Shown in pieces: positions 7,885 to 16,154 of a DNA stretch of 16,156 bases. This stretch comes from Elusimicrobiota bacterium (GTDB lineage: Bacteria; Elusimicrobiota; Elusimicrobia; Elusimicrobiales; UBA9959): contig JAINCQ010000023.1 of assembly GCA_036574205.1 (NCBI GenBank), positions 1 to 16,156 on the forward strand. The letters are read 5' to 3'. Made by a program: the position numbers and the translations under genes. Within the stretch, counting starts at the first letter, position 1; each line of letters starts with the position of its first letter. A model generated the notes under the pieces. The model saw nothing but the letters and a program-made list of their open reading frames with translations, ran no database searches and was not told the origin of the DNA.

Positions 7885-9323
7885 TTCTCCTCTTTACGAA
7901 AACTAATTCTTCTAAAAAGTTCTTTTATATCTTTCTCAAAATCTGGATAAATAGCATTTAACCTTGCAAGCTCCATCATAAAATCTTTAACAGAAATTGT
8001 ATCCATGGGAGCTTCAACAGCCTTTCCTGTTTTTCTTAAAAAACCCTGCCAGTTTATAAAACTACCTTCCTGCTCAAAGTATGTGAGAATCCCAATTGCA
8101 TTTATATATTGTGAATCATCAAAATAAGTGAATATAAATGTTTTTTCTAATGGTAGTTTAAGGTTTTTTATATCATCATAAAATCCAATAACTAAATCAC
8201 AATCTCCAATAAACTCTCTCATATCTTTAATCCCATAAATATCCTTAAACTGATAAATAGCTCCATTAGGAGTTTTATCAGTATTAATCAAAATGCCATC
8301 TTCTATTTTTTGTTCTACCTTAAATGGAGCAAAGATCATATCAGTTTTTATTACATGTGTTGCCAGATAGTAAAGTGCAAAATTGTCCTCTATAGAAAGA
8401 TATGAAGAAAGCAATATAGCTATTTTTTTGCCTTTTATATAATCAGAAAATTTATAGATAAACTCTTTAATCTCCACCCTTTTTGAAAAAAACCTACTTC
8501 CAACAAGTCTTCTATCATATAAAATCTTATAGATCATTCTTCCAGGGTCACATATCCAGGTATTTGTATATATATTCGGATCAGGAAGGATTCTGTATAT
8601 CTTATTGTTATTATGCTGAATTTTTATCTTACAGCCAGTAGCACATCCAAGACAGATTGATTCAGTAGTTTTCAAATTATACACTCTTTCTTTAAATCTA
8701 AAATCCCTGGAGGTAAAAGCACCAACAGGACATATATCCGCTATATTCAACGAATAATTATTTTCTATTTTACTTTCTGGTTTAATATCAATAAAAGCAT
8801 GATCTGAACGACTATTTATAAAAAGCTCATTTGTTTTAGTAACCTCCTCACAAAATCTTACACACCTTGTACATAAAATACATCTTTCATTATCAAGTAT
8901 AAGATATTTTCCAACATCTCTTCTTTTAAACTTTCTATTCTTATCTTTTAAAGCAATCCTGCTTTTCTTAAGACCATACTCCATATAATAATCCTGAAGA
9001 TAACATTCCCCTACCTGATCACATATAGGGCAATCAAGCGGATGATTAATCAATAAAAACTCAAGAACATCTGCTCTTGCTTTTTTTACTTTTTCGCTTT
9101 GTGTATGAACCACCATTCCATTAACAGCCTGTGTAGCGCAGGCAATTTGAAGTTTTGCCATACCCTCAATTTCTACAAGACACATCCTGCAATTTCCAGC
9201 AACAGAAAGGGCTGGATGATAACAATATCTTGGAATATAAATACCGTTTCTATCTGCTATTTGAATTATGGTCTGTCCTTCTTCAAAATAAAACTTTTTA
9301 CCATCAATTGTTATCTCTGGCAT
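7881..9323 (-). CDS. nuoG: NADH-quinone oxidoreductase subunit G (short form, 480 aa)
   Basis: IPRYCYH..AGNCRMCLVE..IAC (N1b), HPLDCPICDQVGECYLQ (N5), CILCTRCVRFC..ICPVGA (N4), CLGCATGC..WICDPGR (N7). Start set at ATG 9323 (MPEIT) with AGGA upstream, rather than the track's 9341. Confidence 0.93.
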   Translation of the reverse strand: MPEITIDGKKFYFEEGQTIIQIADRNGIYIPRYCYHPALSVAGNCRMCLVEIEGMAKLQIACATQAVNGMVVHTQSEKVKKARADVLEFLLINHPLDCPICDQVGECYLQDYYMEYGLKKSRIALKDKNRKFKRRDVGKYLILDNERCILCTRCVRFCEEVTKTNELFINSRSDHAFIDIKPESKIENNYSLNIADICPVGAFTSRDFRFKERVYNLKTTESICLGCATGCKIKIQHNNNKIYRILPDPNIYTNTWICDPGRMIYKILYDRRLVGSRFFSKRVEIKEFIYKFSDYIKGKKIAILLSSYLSIEDNFALYYLATHVIKTDMIFAPFKVEQKIEDGILINTDKTPNGAIYQFKDIYGIKDMREFIGDCDLVIGFYDDIKNLKLPLEKTFIFTYFDDSQYINAIGILTYFEQEGSFINWQGFLRKTGKAVEAPMDTISVKDFMMELARLNAIYPDFEKDIKELFRRISFRKEEK

Positions 9324-9325
9324 AA

Positions 9326-10573
9326 TTAATTCCTGAAACAAATCTTACAGCTTCTTTTTATATGAGATTCAAACTCACTTCTAAACTTTTTAATAAAACT
9401 TATAACCGGCATAGCACAGGCATCTGCAAGTGCACAGATTGTCCTTCCCATCATGTTATTTGCAATATCCAGGAGCAAATCTATATCTTCCATCTCTGCC
9501 CTTCCTTCAAATATTTTTTTAACCACCTTTTCAATCCATCCCGTGCCTTCTCTACATGGCGTACACTGCCCGCAGGATTCATGATGATAAAATCTTACAA
9601 TAACATACAATAAATCCACCATACAACTGGATGAACCTATTATTATCATACCCCCTGAACCAAGCATGGTACCCTTTTGTTGTAAAGATTCATAATCAAG
9701 ATTTGATTGCATCACCTCTTCCGCAGTTAATACAGGAACTGATGTTCCACCAACAATAACTGCTTTCAATTGTTCTCCTTCTATCATCCCATTTAAATAA
9801 TCATTAAAAAATGCTCTAAAGGGAATTCCAAGAGGTATTTCATAAACACCAGGTTTCTTAACTGGTCCGCTTACTGAAAAAAGCTTGGTACCCTTACTTT
9901 TTTCAGTTCCAATCTTTGCGTAATTATCTCCCCCATTTAAAACTATATAAGGTACGGTGGCAAGTGTTTCCACATTATTTATAACCGTTGAACAACCAAA
10001 AAGCCCTTTTACAGCTGGAAATGGTGGTCTTATTCTCGGTTTTCCTCTTTTGCCTTCAATAGATTCAAGCAATGCTGTCTCCTCACCGCATATATAAGCC
10101 CCTGCTCCTCTTATAATTGTAATATCAAAATCAAAGCCTGAGTTTAATATATTGTTACCAAGATAACCAAATTTTTTTGCTTCATAAATTGATTTTTCTA
10201 TTATTCTTGCTTCTTTTAAAAACTCACCCCTTATATAAAAATACCCCTTTTTTGCCCCTATTGCATAGCCTGCCAATATTATACCTTCAATTACTGAATG
10301 TGGATTTTTATGTATTATCTCTCTATCTTTAAATGTTCCGGGTTCGCTTTCATCACAATTACACACTATATACTTTTGTGTACTGGTCTTTGGGATAAAA
10401 GACCACTTAATTCCCGTAGGAAATCCTGCTCCACCTCTACCTCTTAAACCTGATTTTTTTACTTCTTCTATAATATCTTCTGGTTTTAAAGTAAAAGCCT
10501 TTTTCAATGCCTCATATCCACCATTTGCGATATAGCTTTTGATATCAAACAAATCCTTTAAAACTATATTCAT
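9326..10573 (-). CDS. nuoF: NADH-quinone oxidoreductase subunit F (FMN/NADH-binding)
   Basis: SGLRGRGGAGFPTG, DESEPGTFKDR, GAGAYICGEETAL, HESCGQCTPCREG..TICALAD (N3 ligands). Confidence 0.97.
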   Translation of the reverse strand: MNIVLKDLFDIKSYIANGGYEALKKAFTLKPEDIIEEVKKSGLRGRGGAGFPTGIKWSFIPKTSTQKYIVCNCDESEPGTFKDREIIHKNPHSVIEGIILAGYAIGAKKGYFYIRGEFLKEARIIEKSIYEAKKFGYLGNNILNSGFDFDITIIRGAGAYICGEETALLESIEGKRGKPRIRPPFPAVKGLFGCSTVINNVETLATVPYIVLNGGDNYAKIGTEKSKGTKLFSVSGPVKKPGVYEIPLGIPFRAFFNDYLNGMIEGEQLKAVIVGGTSVPVLTAEEVMQSNLDYESLQQKGTMLGSGGMIIIGSSSCMVDLLYVIVRFYHHESCGQCTPCREGTGWIEKVVKKIFEGRAEMEDIDLLLDIANNMMGRTICALADACAMPVISFIKKFRSEFESHIKRSCKICFRN

Positions 10574-11037
10574 TTTTCTTTCCTTAACTTTTCAATAAGT
10601 TCTTTTAATTTTTCTTCAGTCATTCCTTCATAATAAGTATCATTTACCATAATAACAGGGGCATTACCACAGGCTCCAAGACACTCCACCGTAGTATAGC
10701 TAAAATAGCCATCTTCTGTTAACTCTCCTTCCTCTATCTTTAGTTCTTTTTTGATAAAATCTATTAATTTTTTAGAACCTGACATATGACAGGATATATT
10801 TCTACAAATTTGAATATGATATTTCCCCACTTTTTTTTGATTAAACATAGTATAAAAAGTTAAAACTCCTTTAAGTTTAGAATATGGGATTGAGATTGCT
10901 TGTGATATCTCATCAAGATCGTTTTCCTCAATATATCCTTTAATTTTTTGTATATAATGAAAAACTTCAAGTACTGCTGAATCCTTATTTTCATATTTTG
11001 AAACTATTTTCTTAATTTCATCCCTTAAATTATTCAT
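10570..11037 (-). CDS. nuoE: NADH-quinone oxidoreductase subunit E ([2Fe-2S] N1a)
   Basis: TFYTMF, ICRNISC..VECLGACGNAP. Confidence 0.96.
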   Translation of the reverse strand: MNNLRDEIKKIVSKYENKDSAVLEVFHYIQKIKGYIEENDLDEISQAISIPYSKLKGVLTFYTMFNQKKVGKYHIQICRNISCHMSGSKKLIDFIKKELKIEEGELTEDGYFSYTTVECLGACGNAPVIMVNDTYYEGMTEEKLKELIEKLRKEK

Positions 11038-12257
11038 CTCTCAAGTTCACCTCCAATCATATTGATCTGTCCAAATGTTGCAATTATATCCGCAACATAT
11101 CCCCCTTTAATCAGCCTGGGCAATGCTGAGGTTATGCTAAAACATGGTGGTCTTACTCTAACCCTCCAGGGTTTATGATTGCCATCACTTACTATATAAT
11201 ACCCAAGCTCTCCATTAGCTCCTTCCACTGCAAAATATATTTCTCCTTTTGGTGTTTTAGGTCCCTCAAAAGTAAGCTTAAAATGTGAAATTAACCCTTC
11301 TATTGTATTATATACCTGTTGTTTTGGTGGCAGAGCAATGGAATAATCATCAACCGAAATAGTACCATCAGGGATTTGTTTAATTGCCTGTTCTATTATA
11401 TTTTTACTTTGATATATCTCTTCCATCCTAACCAGATACCTTGCATAATTATCCCCATCATCACATACTGGAACCTCAAAATCAAATCTATCATAGACAA
11501 GATAAGGCTTATATTTCCTAACATCATAATCTATACCGCAGGCTCTAATCATTGGACCGGTAAAACCCCAAGAAATTGCTTCTTCTTTAGTTATCATTCC
11601 AGTATTTTTAAGCCTATCATAAAATATTCTGTTTCTTTCAAGAAGTTTTCTGGTATCGGATATATTTTTATCCAGATACTTCAAACACTCTATTAAAAAA
11701 TTTATAAAGTCTTCATTTATATCAAAACTTACCCCACCAACTCTAAAATAATTTGGAGTAACCCTCCCTCCGCTTACCATATCACCTGCCTGATAAAGCT
11801 TTTCCCTTGCATTTATAAGATAAAAATAAGGAGTAAAAGCTCCGAGCTCCATTGCATTTGCAGCTATACAGGTAAGATGATCGGTTATTCTTGCTATCTC
11901 ACTCATTATTACTCTTATATATTGAGCTCTTTGAGGCACTTCAACATTAATAAGTTTTTCAACCGCCATAACAAAGCCAACTTCATTTATAAAAGGAGAT
12001 ACATAATTTAGCCTATCAGTATAAGGAATTATCTGGTTATAGTTTATATTTTCACAGGTTTTCTCAAACCCTCTATGGAGATATCCTATCTCAACATCAC
12101 TATCAACTACCCTCTCTCCTTCAAGAGTAAGTATTATTCTGATTATACCATGCATTGCAGGATGAGATGGTCCCATATTCACAACTATCCTGCCATCCTC
12201 TAAAAGCTCTACATTATTTTTACCAGCTATTTTTTTAATCCTTTCAATTATTTCCAT
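11034..12257 (-). CDS. nuoD: NADH-quinone oxidoreductase subunit D
   Basis: NMGPSHPAMHG, GYLHRGFEK, DRLNY, GELGYY, RVRPPCF, C-terminal GGELER. No NiFe CxxC motifs. ATG 12257 preferred over TTG 12263. Confidence 0.96.
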   Translation of the reverse strand: MEIIERIKKIAGKNNVELLEDGRIVVNMGPSHPAMHGIIRIILTLEGERVVDSDVEIGYLHRGFEKTCENINYNQIIPYTDRLNYVSPFINEVGFVMAVEKLINVEVPQRAQYIRVIMSEIARITDHLTCIAANAMELGAFTPYFYLINAREKLYQAGDMVSGGRVTPNYFRVGGVSFDINEDFINFLIECLKYLDKNISDTRKLLERNRIFYDRLKNTGMITKEEAISWGFTGPMIRACGIDYDVRKYKPYLVYDRFDFEVPVCDDGDNYARYLVRMEEIYQSKNIIEQAIKQIPDGTISVDDYSIALPPKQQVYNTIEGLISHFKLTFEGPKTPKGEIYFAVEGANGELGYYIVSDGNHKPWRVRVRPPCFSITSALPRLIKGGYVADIIATFGQINMIGGELER

Positions 12258-12753
12258 TGTCAATTTCTCTATAAGAAATTCTGGGCTGTCTTTTCTTTAA
12301 AGGATAATCCTTTCTTAACGGATATCCCACAAATTCATCATACATCAGAATTCTTCTTAAATCTGGATGATTCTCAAAAACTATACCGTACATATCATAA
12401 ACCTCTCTTTCATACCAGTTTGCGCTATCATAAAGACTAACTATAGAATTGATAAATGGATTATTTTCATCAACAGGGGCTTTTATTATAATCCTTAAAT
12501 TATTTTTTAAAGAATAAAGGTTATAAACGACCTCAAATCTCTCTTTATATTTCCTTGAAGGATAATTTAAGAAATCAATTCCAAATAAATCCATTAAAAA
12601 ATTAAATTCAAAATTTTCTTTTAAAAACTTAACAATATCATAAGTTTTTTCTTTTTTAATAACAACTGTAAGATTGTCAAAATTCACAAAGATTTCTCTT
12701 ATATCTTCTCCAAACAAAGACTTTAACTCTTTTTCTATATTCTCAAAATTCAT
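12244..12753 (-). CDS. nuoC: NADH-quinone oxidoreductase subunit C
   Basis: [44 protein letters not shown]. Separate from nuoD (not fused). Confidence 0.96.
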   Translation of the reverse strand: MNFENIEKELKSLFGEDIREIFVNFDNLTVVIKKEKTYDIVKFLKENFEFNFLMDLFGIDFLNYPSRKYKERFEVVYNLYSLKNNLRIIIKAPVDENNPFINSIVSLYDSANWYEREVYDMYGIVFENHPDLRRILMYDEFVGYPLRKDYPLKKRQPRISYREIDNGNN

Positions 12754-13220
12754 ACAAGCTTTTCCTTTTGAACTTTTTGCTGAAGCTTTATTAGAGCATC
12801 AAGAACAGCCTGAGGACGCGGAGGACATCCTGGTATATAAACATCAACAGGAATGATCTTATCTATTCCATCCACAACCGCATAATTATCATAAAAACCG
12901 CCACTTGTAGCGCAAACTCCAAATGATACAACCCATTTTGGTTCAATCATCTGATCATAAACCCTTCTAAGAATTGGTGCCATCTTCTGATTAACAGTGC
13001 CGACCACAAAAAGCACATCAGCCTGTCTTGGAGAAAATCTTGGGAACTCTGCTCCAAACCTGGCAATATCATATGTGGAAGCAAAAGTACTCATAAACTC
13101 CATCCCGCAACATGCAGTTACAAAAGGATAGTTAAAGAAAGAAAACTTTCTTGCCCAGTTTATAGCATACTCAATCTTTGAAGTAACCCAGCTATCTCCA
13201 AATATTTTTTCTAATCCCAT
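12750..13220 (-). CDS. nuoB: NADH-quinone oxidoreductase subunit B (cluster N2)
   Basis: [43 protein letters not shown] inside the nuoA 3' end. Confidence 0.97.
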   Translation of the reverse strand: MGLEKIFGDSWVTSKIEYAINWARKFSFFNYPFVTACCGMEFMSTFASTYDIARFGAEFPRFSPRQADVLFVVGTVNQKMAPILRRVYDQMIEPKWVVSFGVCATSGGFYDNYAVVDGIDKIIPVDVYIPGCPPRPQAVLDALIKLQQKVQKEKLV

Positions 13221-13561
13221 TTAATAGCTCCTCTTACATATATATATATAAAAGCAATTATGAGCATAATTATAAATACTATTCCACTTAAAAAACCATA
13301 AAACGAAATATCTTTAAGATAAACTGACCACGGATAAAGATATATTATCTCAATATCAAAAACAACAAACAGAACTGCAATTAAATAAAAATTTGTTTTA
13401 ACTGCCCTATTATTTTTTTGAATCTGAGGCAAGCCACATTCAAAACTTTCACTTTTTATTTTACTCTCCTTTTTGGGACCAAAAAGATAAGAAAGCAAAA
13501 TCATTCCCCCTGCAATTATAAAGGAAACTATAAATACAATTATTATATTAATAGTACTCAT
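13211..13561 (-). CDS. nuoA: NADH-quinone oxidoreductase subunit A
   Basis: [24 protein letters not shown]. Start set at ATG 13561 (MSTIN, 116 aa), with GGAG upstream inside cydB; 14-nt overlap with cydB. Confidence 0.95.
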   Translation of the reverse strand: MSTINIIIVFIVSFIIAGGMILLSYLFGPKKESKIKSESFECGLPQIQKNNRAVKTNFYLIAVLFVVFDIEIIYLYPWSVYLKDISFYGFLSGIVFIIMLIIAFIYIYVRGAIKWD

Positions 13562-14567
13562 TTTTAATATCTCCAATAGTTATCTTATCTCTAAAAACTC
13601 TATAAACCCATATCTGATAAAATATCACTAAAGGTATAAATATCAAAACCACTATTAGCATAAGCTTAAGCGTGTAAAAACTTGACGAAGAATTAAAAGC
13701 AGTAATATTAAATTGAGGATTTTTAGCAGCTATTAAATTCGGAAAATTACCAGCAAACTGTCCGCCAACAATAAACAATATAAACACAAAGTAACTAAAA
13801 AAGCCCTTTAAATATCTTTGTCTATCTATAAATAACTTTGAGATAAAGAAAAGAATCATTGAAAAAATGTAAAATATAGTCGCAATCTTTCCATTTATAA
13901 GTTCTAATTTATAATTTGGATTTTTAAAAAGAGGATTAAATATCAAAAACAGTAAGTATAATACAAGACCAATATACCACACTTTTTTAAAAAATGTATA
14001 AACTTCATATTTTAAAACACCTTCTATTTTATTGAGGAGCCATATTAACCCATAAATTAAAAAAACAACAGTAAAAAATACTCCTGTCAAAATACCGGTA
14101 AGGTTTAACAAACCAGACATTCCATTGCTATATCCTTCATCTCTTATATCCACTGCACTCCAGAGATTACCCCATAAAACTCCAAATAGGAAAATAGCCA
14201 TTAAGCTTGAAGTAAATATTAGTAAATCAAATAACTTTCGATTTTTGACCTTTCCCCTTAACTCAACTGAAAACCCCCTTACTATCAATGATAATAATAC
14301 AATAAAAATTGGGACATAAAACCAACTAAACATACTGGCATATGCTATCGGAAAAGCTGCAAAAGCAACCCCACCTGCTGTAATTAACCACACCTCATTT
14401 CCATCCCAGAATGGACCAAAAGTTGTTAATACCAATTTTCTTTCATCCTCATTTTTAGCTATAAAAGGCATTGCAATTGCGCTTCCAAAATCAAAACCAT
14501 CCAGTGAAAAATATATACACCATAGTAAAGACCACAGCATATACCACAATATCTGTAACAGCTCCAT
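13548..14567 (-). CDS. cydB: Cytochrome bd ubiquinol oxidase subunit II
   Basis: LDGFDFG, GPFWDGNEVWLITAGGVAFAAFP, RGFSVELR, YQIWVYRVF. TAATG overlap with cydA. Confidence 0.97.
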   Translation of the reverse strand: MELLQILWYMLWSLLWCIYFSLDGFDFGSAIAMPFIAKNEDERKLVLTTFGPFWDGNEVWLITAGGVAFAAFPIAYASMFSWFYVPIFIVLLSLIVRGFSVELRGKVKNRKLFDLLIFTSSLMAIFLFGVLWGNLWSAVDIRDEGYSNGMSGLLNLTGILTGVFFTVVFLIYGLIWLLNKIEGVLKYEVYTFFKKVWYIGLVLYLLFLIFNPLFKNPNYKLELINGKIATIFYIFSMILFFISKLFIDRQRYLKGFFSYFVFILFIVGGQFAGNFPNLIAAKNPQFNITAFNSSSSFYTLKLMLIVVLIFIPLVIFYQIWVYRVFRDKITIGDIKNEYY

Positions 14568-15880
14568 TAAATCTCCATCACTTTAAAATCTTTCTTTCTA
14601 ATGTATTTAACCATCAAATAAACAGCAATAATAGCAATTAGTGTGTAAACAATTAAATAACCACTAAAAGATAACATTATCTCATTAAAAGATAAAGTTT
14701 TAGTAACAGCATCTTTTGTTTTTAAAATACCATAAATAGCCCAGGGCTGTCTTCCAACCTCAGCCACAATCCATCCAAGCTGAGATGCAATATAAGGCAA
14801 AGGAAATGAATACATCAATATTTTCAAAAATAATTTGTTATCAAACTTATCCCTGTATGAAATGTATAAAGCCAATAAAGTTAACACAAGAAATATAAAT
14901 CCAAGTAAAACCATACCCCTAAAACCAAGAAATGTTAAAAGAACTGGAGGACGTTCATCTTCTGGAAAGTCTCTAAGCCCTTTTACTTCAGTATGCGGAT
15001 TATAAGTAGCAAGTATACTTAAAAAATAAGGTATTTTAAGTGATTCAACAATATTCCTTTCATTTTTTTCATCAGGTATTAAGATTAACGGATAATCCGC
15101 TCCTTTTACAGTATTCCATACTGATTCCATTGCTGCAAACTTCGTTGGTTGAAACCTGAATATATCTTTGGCATGAAAATCCCCAGAAATAATTACAAAC
15201 AATGAACTTACAAATCCAAAGTATGAGGCTAGTTTGAAAGAACGTTTGAATATATTGTTTCCCTTTAATATGTGATAGGCTGATACTGCAATTACAAAAA
15301 ACGCGCCTACAATATATGAACTGAATATAGTATGAAAAAACTTAACCCATCCATACCTTGAGGTTATTAACTCAGTAAAATTTACAAGTTCAACCCTTGA
15401 TGATGTTAACTGATATCCAACAGGATGCTGCATAAAAGCATTTGCAAAAAGTATCCATAAAGCCGATAAATTTGAACCAATTGCTACCATCCATATAGAA
15501 AAAAGATGAGCCTTTTTACTTATTTTATTTTCTGCAAATATCCATAAACCAAGGAAAACAGACTCCAGAAAAAACGCAACTGTTGCTTCAATTGCAAGTG
15601 GCACTCCAAAGACATCTCCAACATATTTTGAATATTCCGCCCAGTTCATCCCAAATTGAAACTCAAGCGATATACCCGTAACAACCCCAATGGTAAAGTT
15701 AATCAAAAAAAGAGGCTTAAAAAATCTTACAAGCTCCATCCACAGATTATCTGATTTTTTATAATAAAGAGTCTGCATAATTGCCATTAAAACTACAACC
15801 CCAAGTGTCATTGGCACAAAAAGAAAATGAAATCCAGCTGTAAAGGCAAACTGCAATCTTGATAACATAAGAGTATCCAT
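14567..15880 (-). CDS. cydA: Cytochrome bd ubiquinol oxidase subunit I (short Q-loop type)
   Basis: SRLQFAFTAGFHFLF (His ligand), EFQFGMNW, FFHT (His), QPTKFAAME (Q-loop K/E), FRGM (Arg/Met), GWIVAEVGRQPW. 437 aa; AGAGGA RBS at 15884-15889. Confidence 0.98.
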   Translation of the reverse strand: MDTLMLSRLQFAFTAGFHFLFVPMTLGVVVLMAIMQTLYYKKSDNLWMELVRFFKPLFLINFTIGVVTGISLEFQFGMNWAEYSKYVGDVFGVPLAIEATVAFFLESVFLGLWIFAENKISKKAHLFSIWMVAIGSNLSALWILFANAFMQHPVGYQLTSSRVELVNFTELITSRYGWVKFFHTIFSSYIVGAFFVIAVSAYHILKGNNIFKRSFKLASYFGFVSSLFVIISGDFHAKDIFRFQPTKFAAMESVWNTVKGADYPLILIPDEKNERNIVESLKIPYFLSILATYNPHTEVKGLRDFPEDERPPVLLTFLGFRGMVLLGFIFLVLTLLALYISYRDKFDNKLFLKILMYSFPLPYIASQLGWIVAEVGRQPWAIYGILKTKDAVTKTLSFNEIMLSFSGYLIVYTLIAIIAVYLMVKYIRKKDFKVMEI

Positions 15881-15928
15881 ATATCCTCTTATTTAATTTT
15901 ATAAAATTTCTATTTTTTTTAAAAACTC

Positions 15929-15957
15929 TTGACAACCTTATAAAAAAATAATACTAT
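15929..15957 (+). promoter_or_regulatory. sigma70 promoter for the divergent (hcp-like) gene
   Basis: Plus strand: TTGACA (15929-15934), 17-nt spacer, TACTAT (15952-15957). Predicted TSS near 15964. Confidence 0.78.
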
Positions 15958-15969
15958 TTTAGTATCATT
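15947..15969. promoter_or_regulatory. Candidate repressor operator (10-3-10 inverted repeat)
   Basis: AATAATACTA-TTT-TAGTATCATT, 9/10 symmetric with a perfect ATACTA-N3-TAGTAT core. Overlaps both -10 elements. Confidence 0.55.
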
Positions 15970-15976
15970 ATGTCAA
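15948..15976 (-). promoter_or_regulatory. sigma70 promoter for cydAB-nuo
   Basis: Minus strand: TTGACA (15976-15971), 17-nt spacer, TATTAT (15953-15948). Predicted TSS near 15941. Confidence 0.8.
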
Positions 15977-16001
15977 GTATTAGATAAAGGAGGAGGAAAA
16001 A

Positions 16002-16034
16002 ATGGCAAAATCAAATATGTTCTGTTATCGGTAA
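16002..16034 (+). pseudogene. hcp: 5' stub of a probable hybrid-cluster protein (hydroxylamine reductase) gene interrupted by an IS
   Basis: Strong RBS AAGGAGGAGG (15987-15996), ATG 16002, MAKSNMFCY then C|GG TAA. MFCY matches the Hcp N-terminal MFC(Y/F)QC(E/Q) motif, and the break falls after the first base of the expected Gln codon, exactly at the IS end. Only 9 codons are visible. Confidence 0.6.
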
Positions 16035-16154
16035 TGTCAATAATTTTGTGTAATTTCTCAAAAATTGGGTATCCTCCATTATATTCAAATTATTGCCATA
16101 TTTTTTATTCATTCTATAAAATATTGCATATATTATCCTTTCTAAACTATCCCT
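16011..16154 (-). CDS. IS256-family transposase, C-terminal fragment (5' end outside window)
   Basis: Open frame RDSLERIIYAIFYRMNKKYGNNLNIMEDTQFLRNYTKLLTLPITEHI*. SxxRIIYAIF..N resembles IS256 transposase C-termini. The frame crosses the IR and stops at 16013-16011 in host DNA. Confidence 0.65.
   Translation of the reverse strand, partial: RDSLERIIYAIFYRMNKKYGNNLNIMEDTQFLRNYTKLLTLPITEHI

Noticed and set aside
11034..13220. Group 4 [NiFe]-hydrogenase or 11-subunit complex I-like enzyme
   Set aside because: NuoD lacks the Ni-binding CxxC pairs and nuoEFG are present with an intact FMN/NADH site. There is also only one nuoM, so it is not a 2M complex.
5479..14319. Seven plus-strand ORFs in the track (5479-5691, 6471-6659, 9099-9329, 9362-9613, 11319-11696, 12674-12856, 14125-14319)
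   Set aside because: All are antisense to well-conserved nuo/cyd genes and have no recognisable motifs; most likely shadow ORFs.
15895..15908. Perfect palindrome AATTTTATAAAATT in the cydA leader
   Set aside because: A/T only in a very AT-rich region; likely by chance.
16017..16043. Stop-codon readthrough or recoding in MFCYR*CQ*
   Set aside because: The TGT CAA after the TAA resembles the Hcp CQ but is part of the IS256-like terminal repeat; insertion is the simpler explanation.
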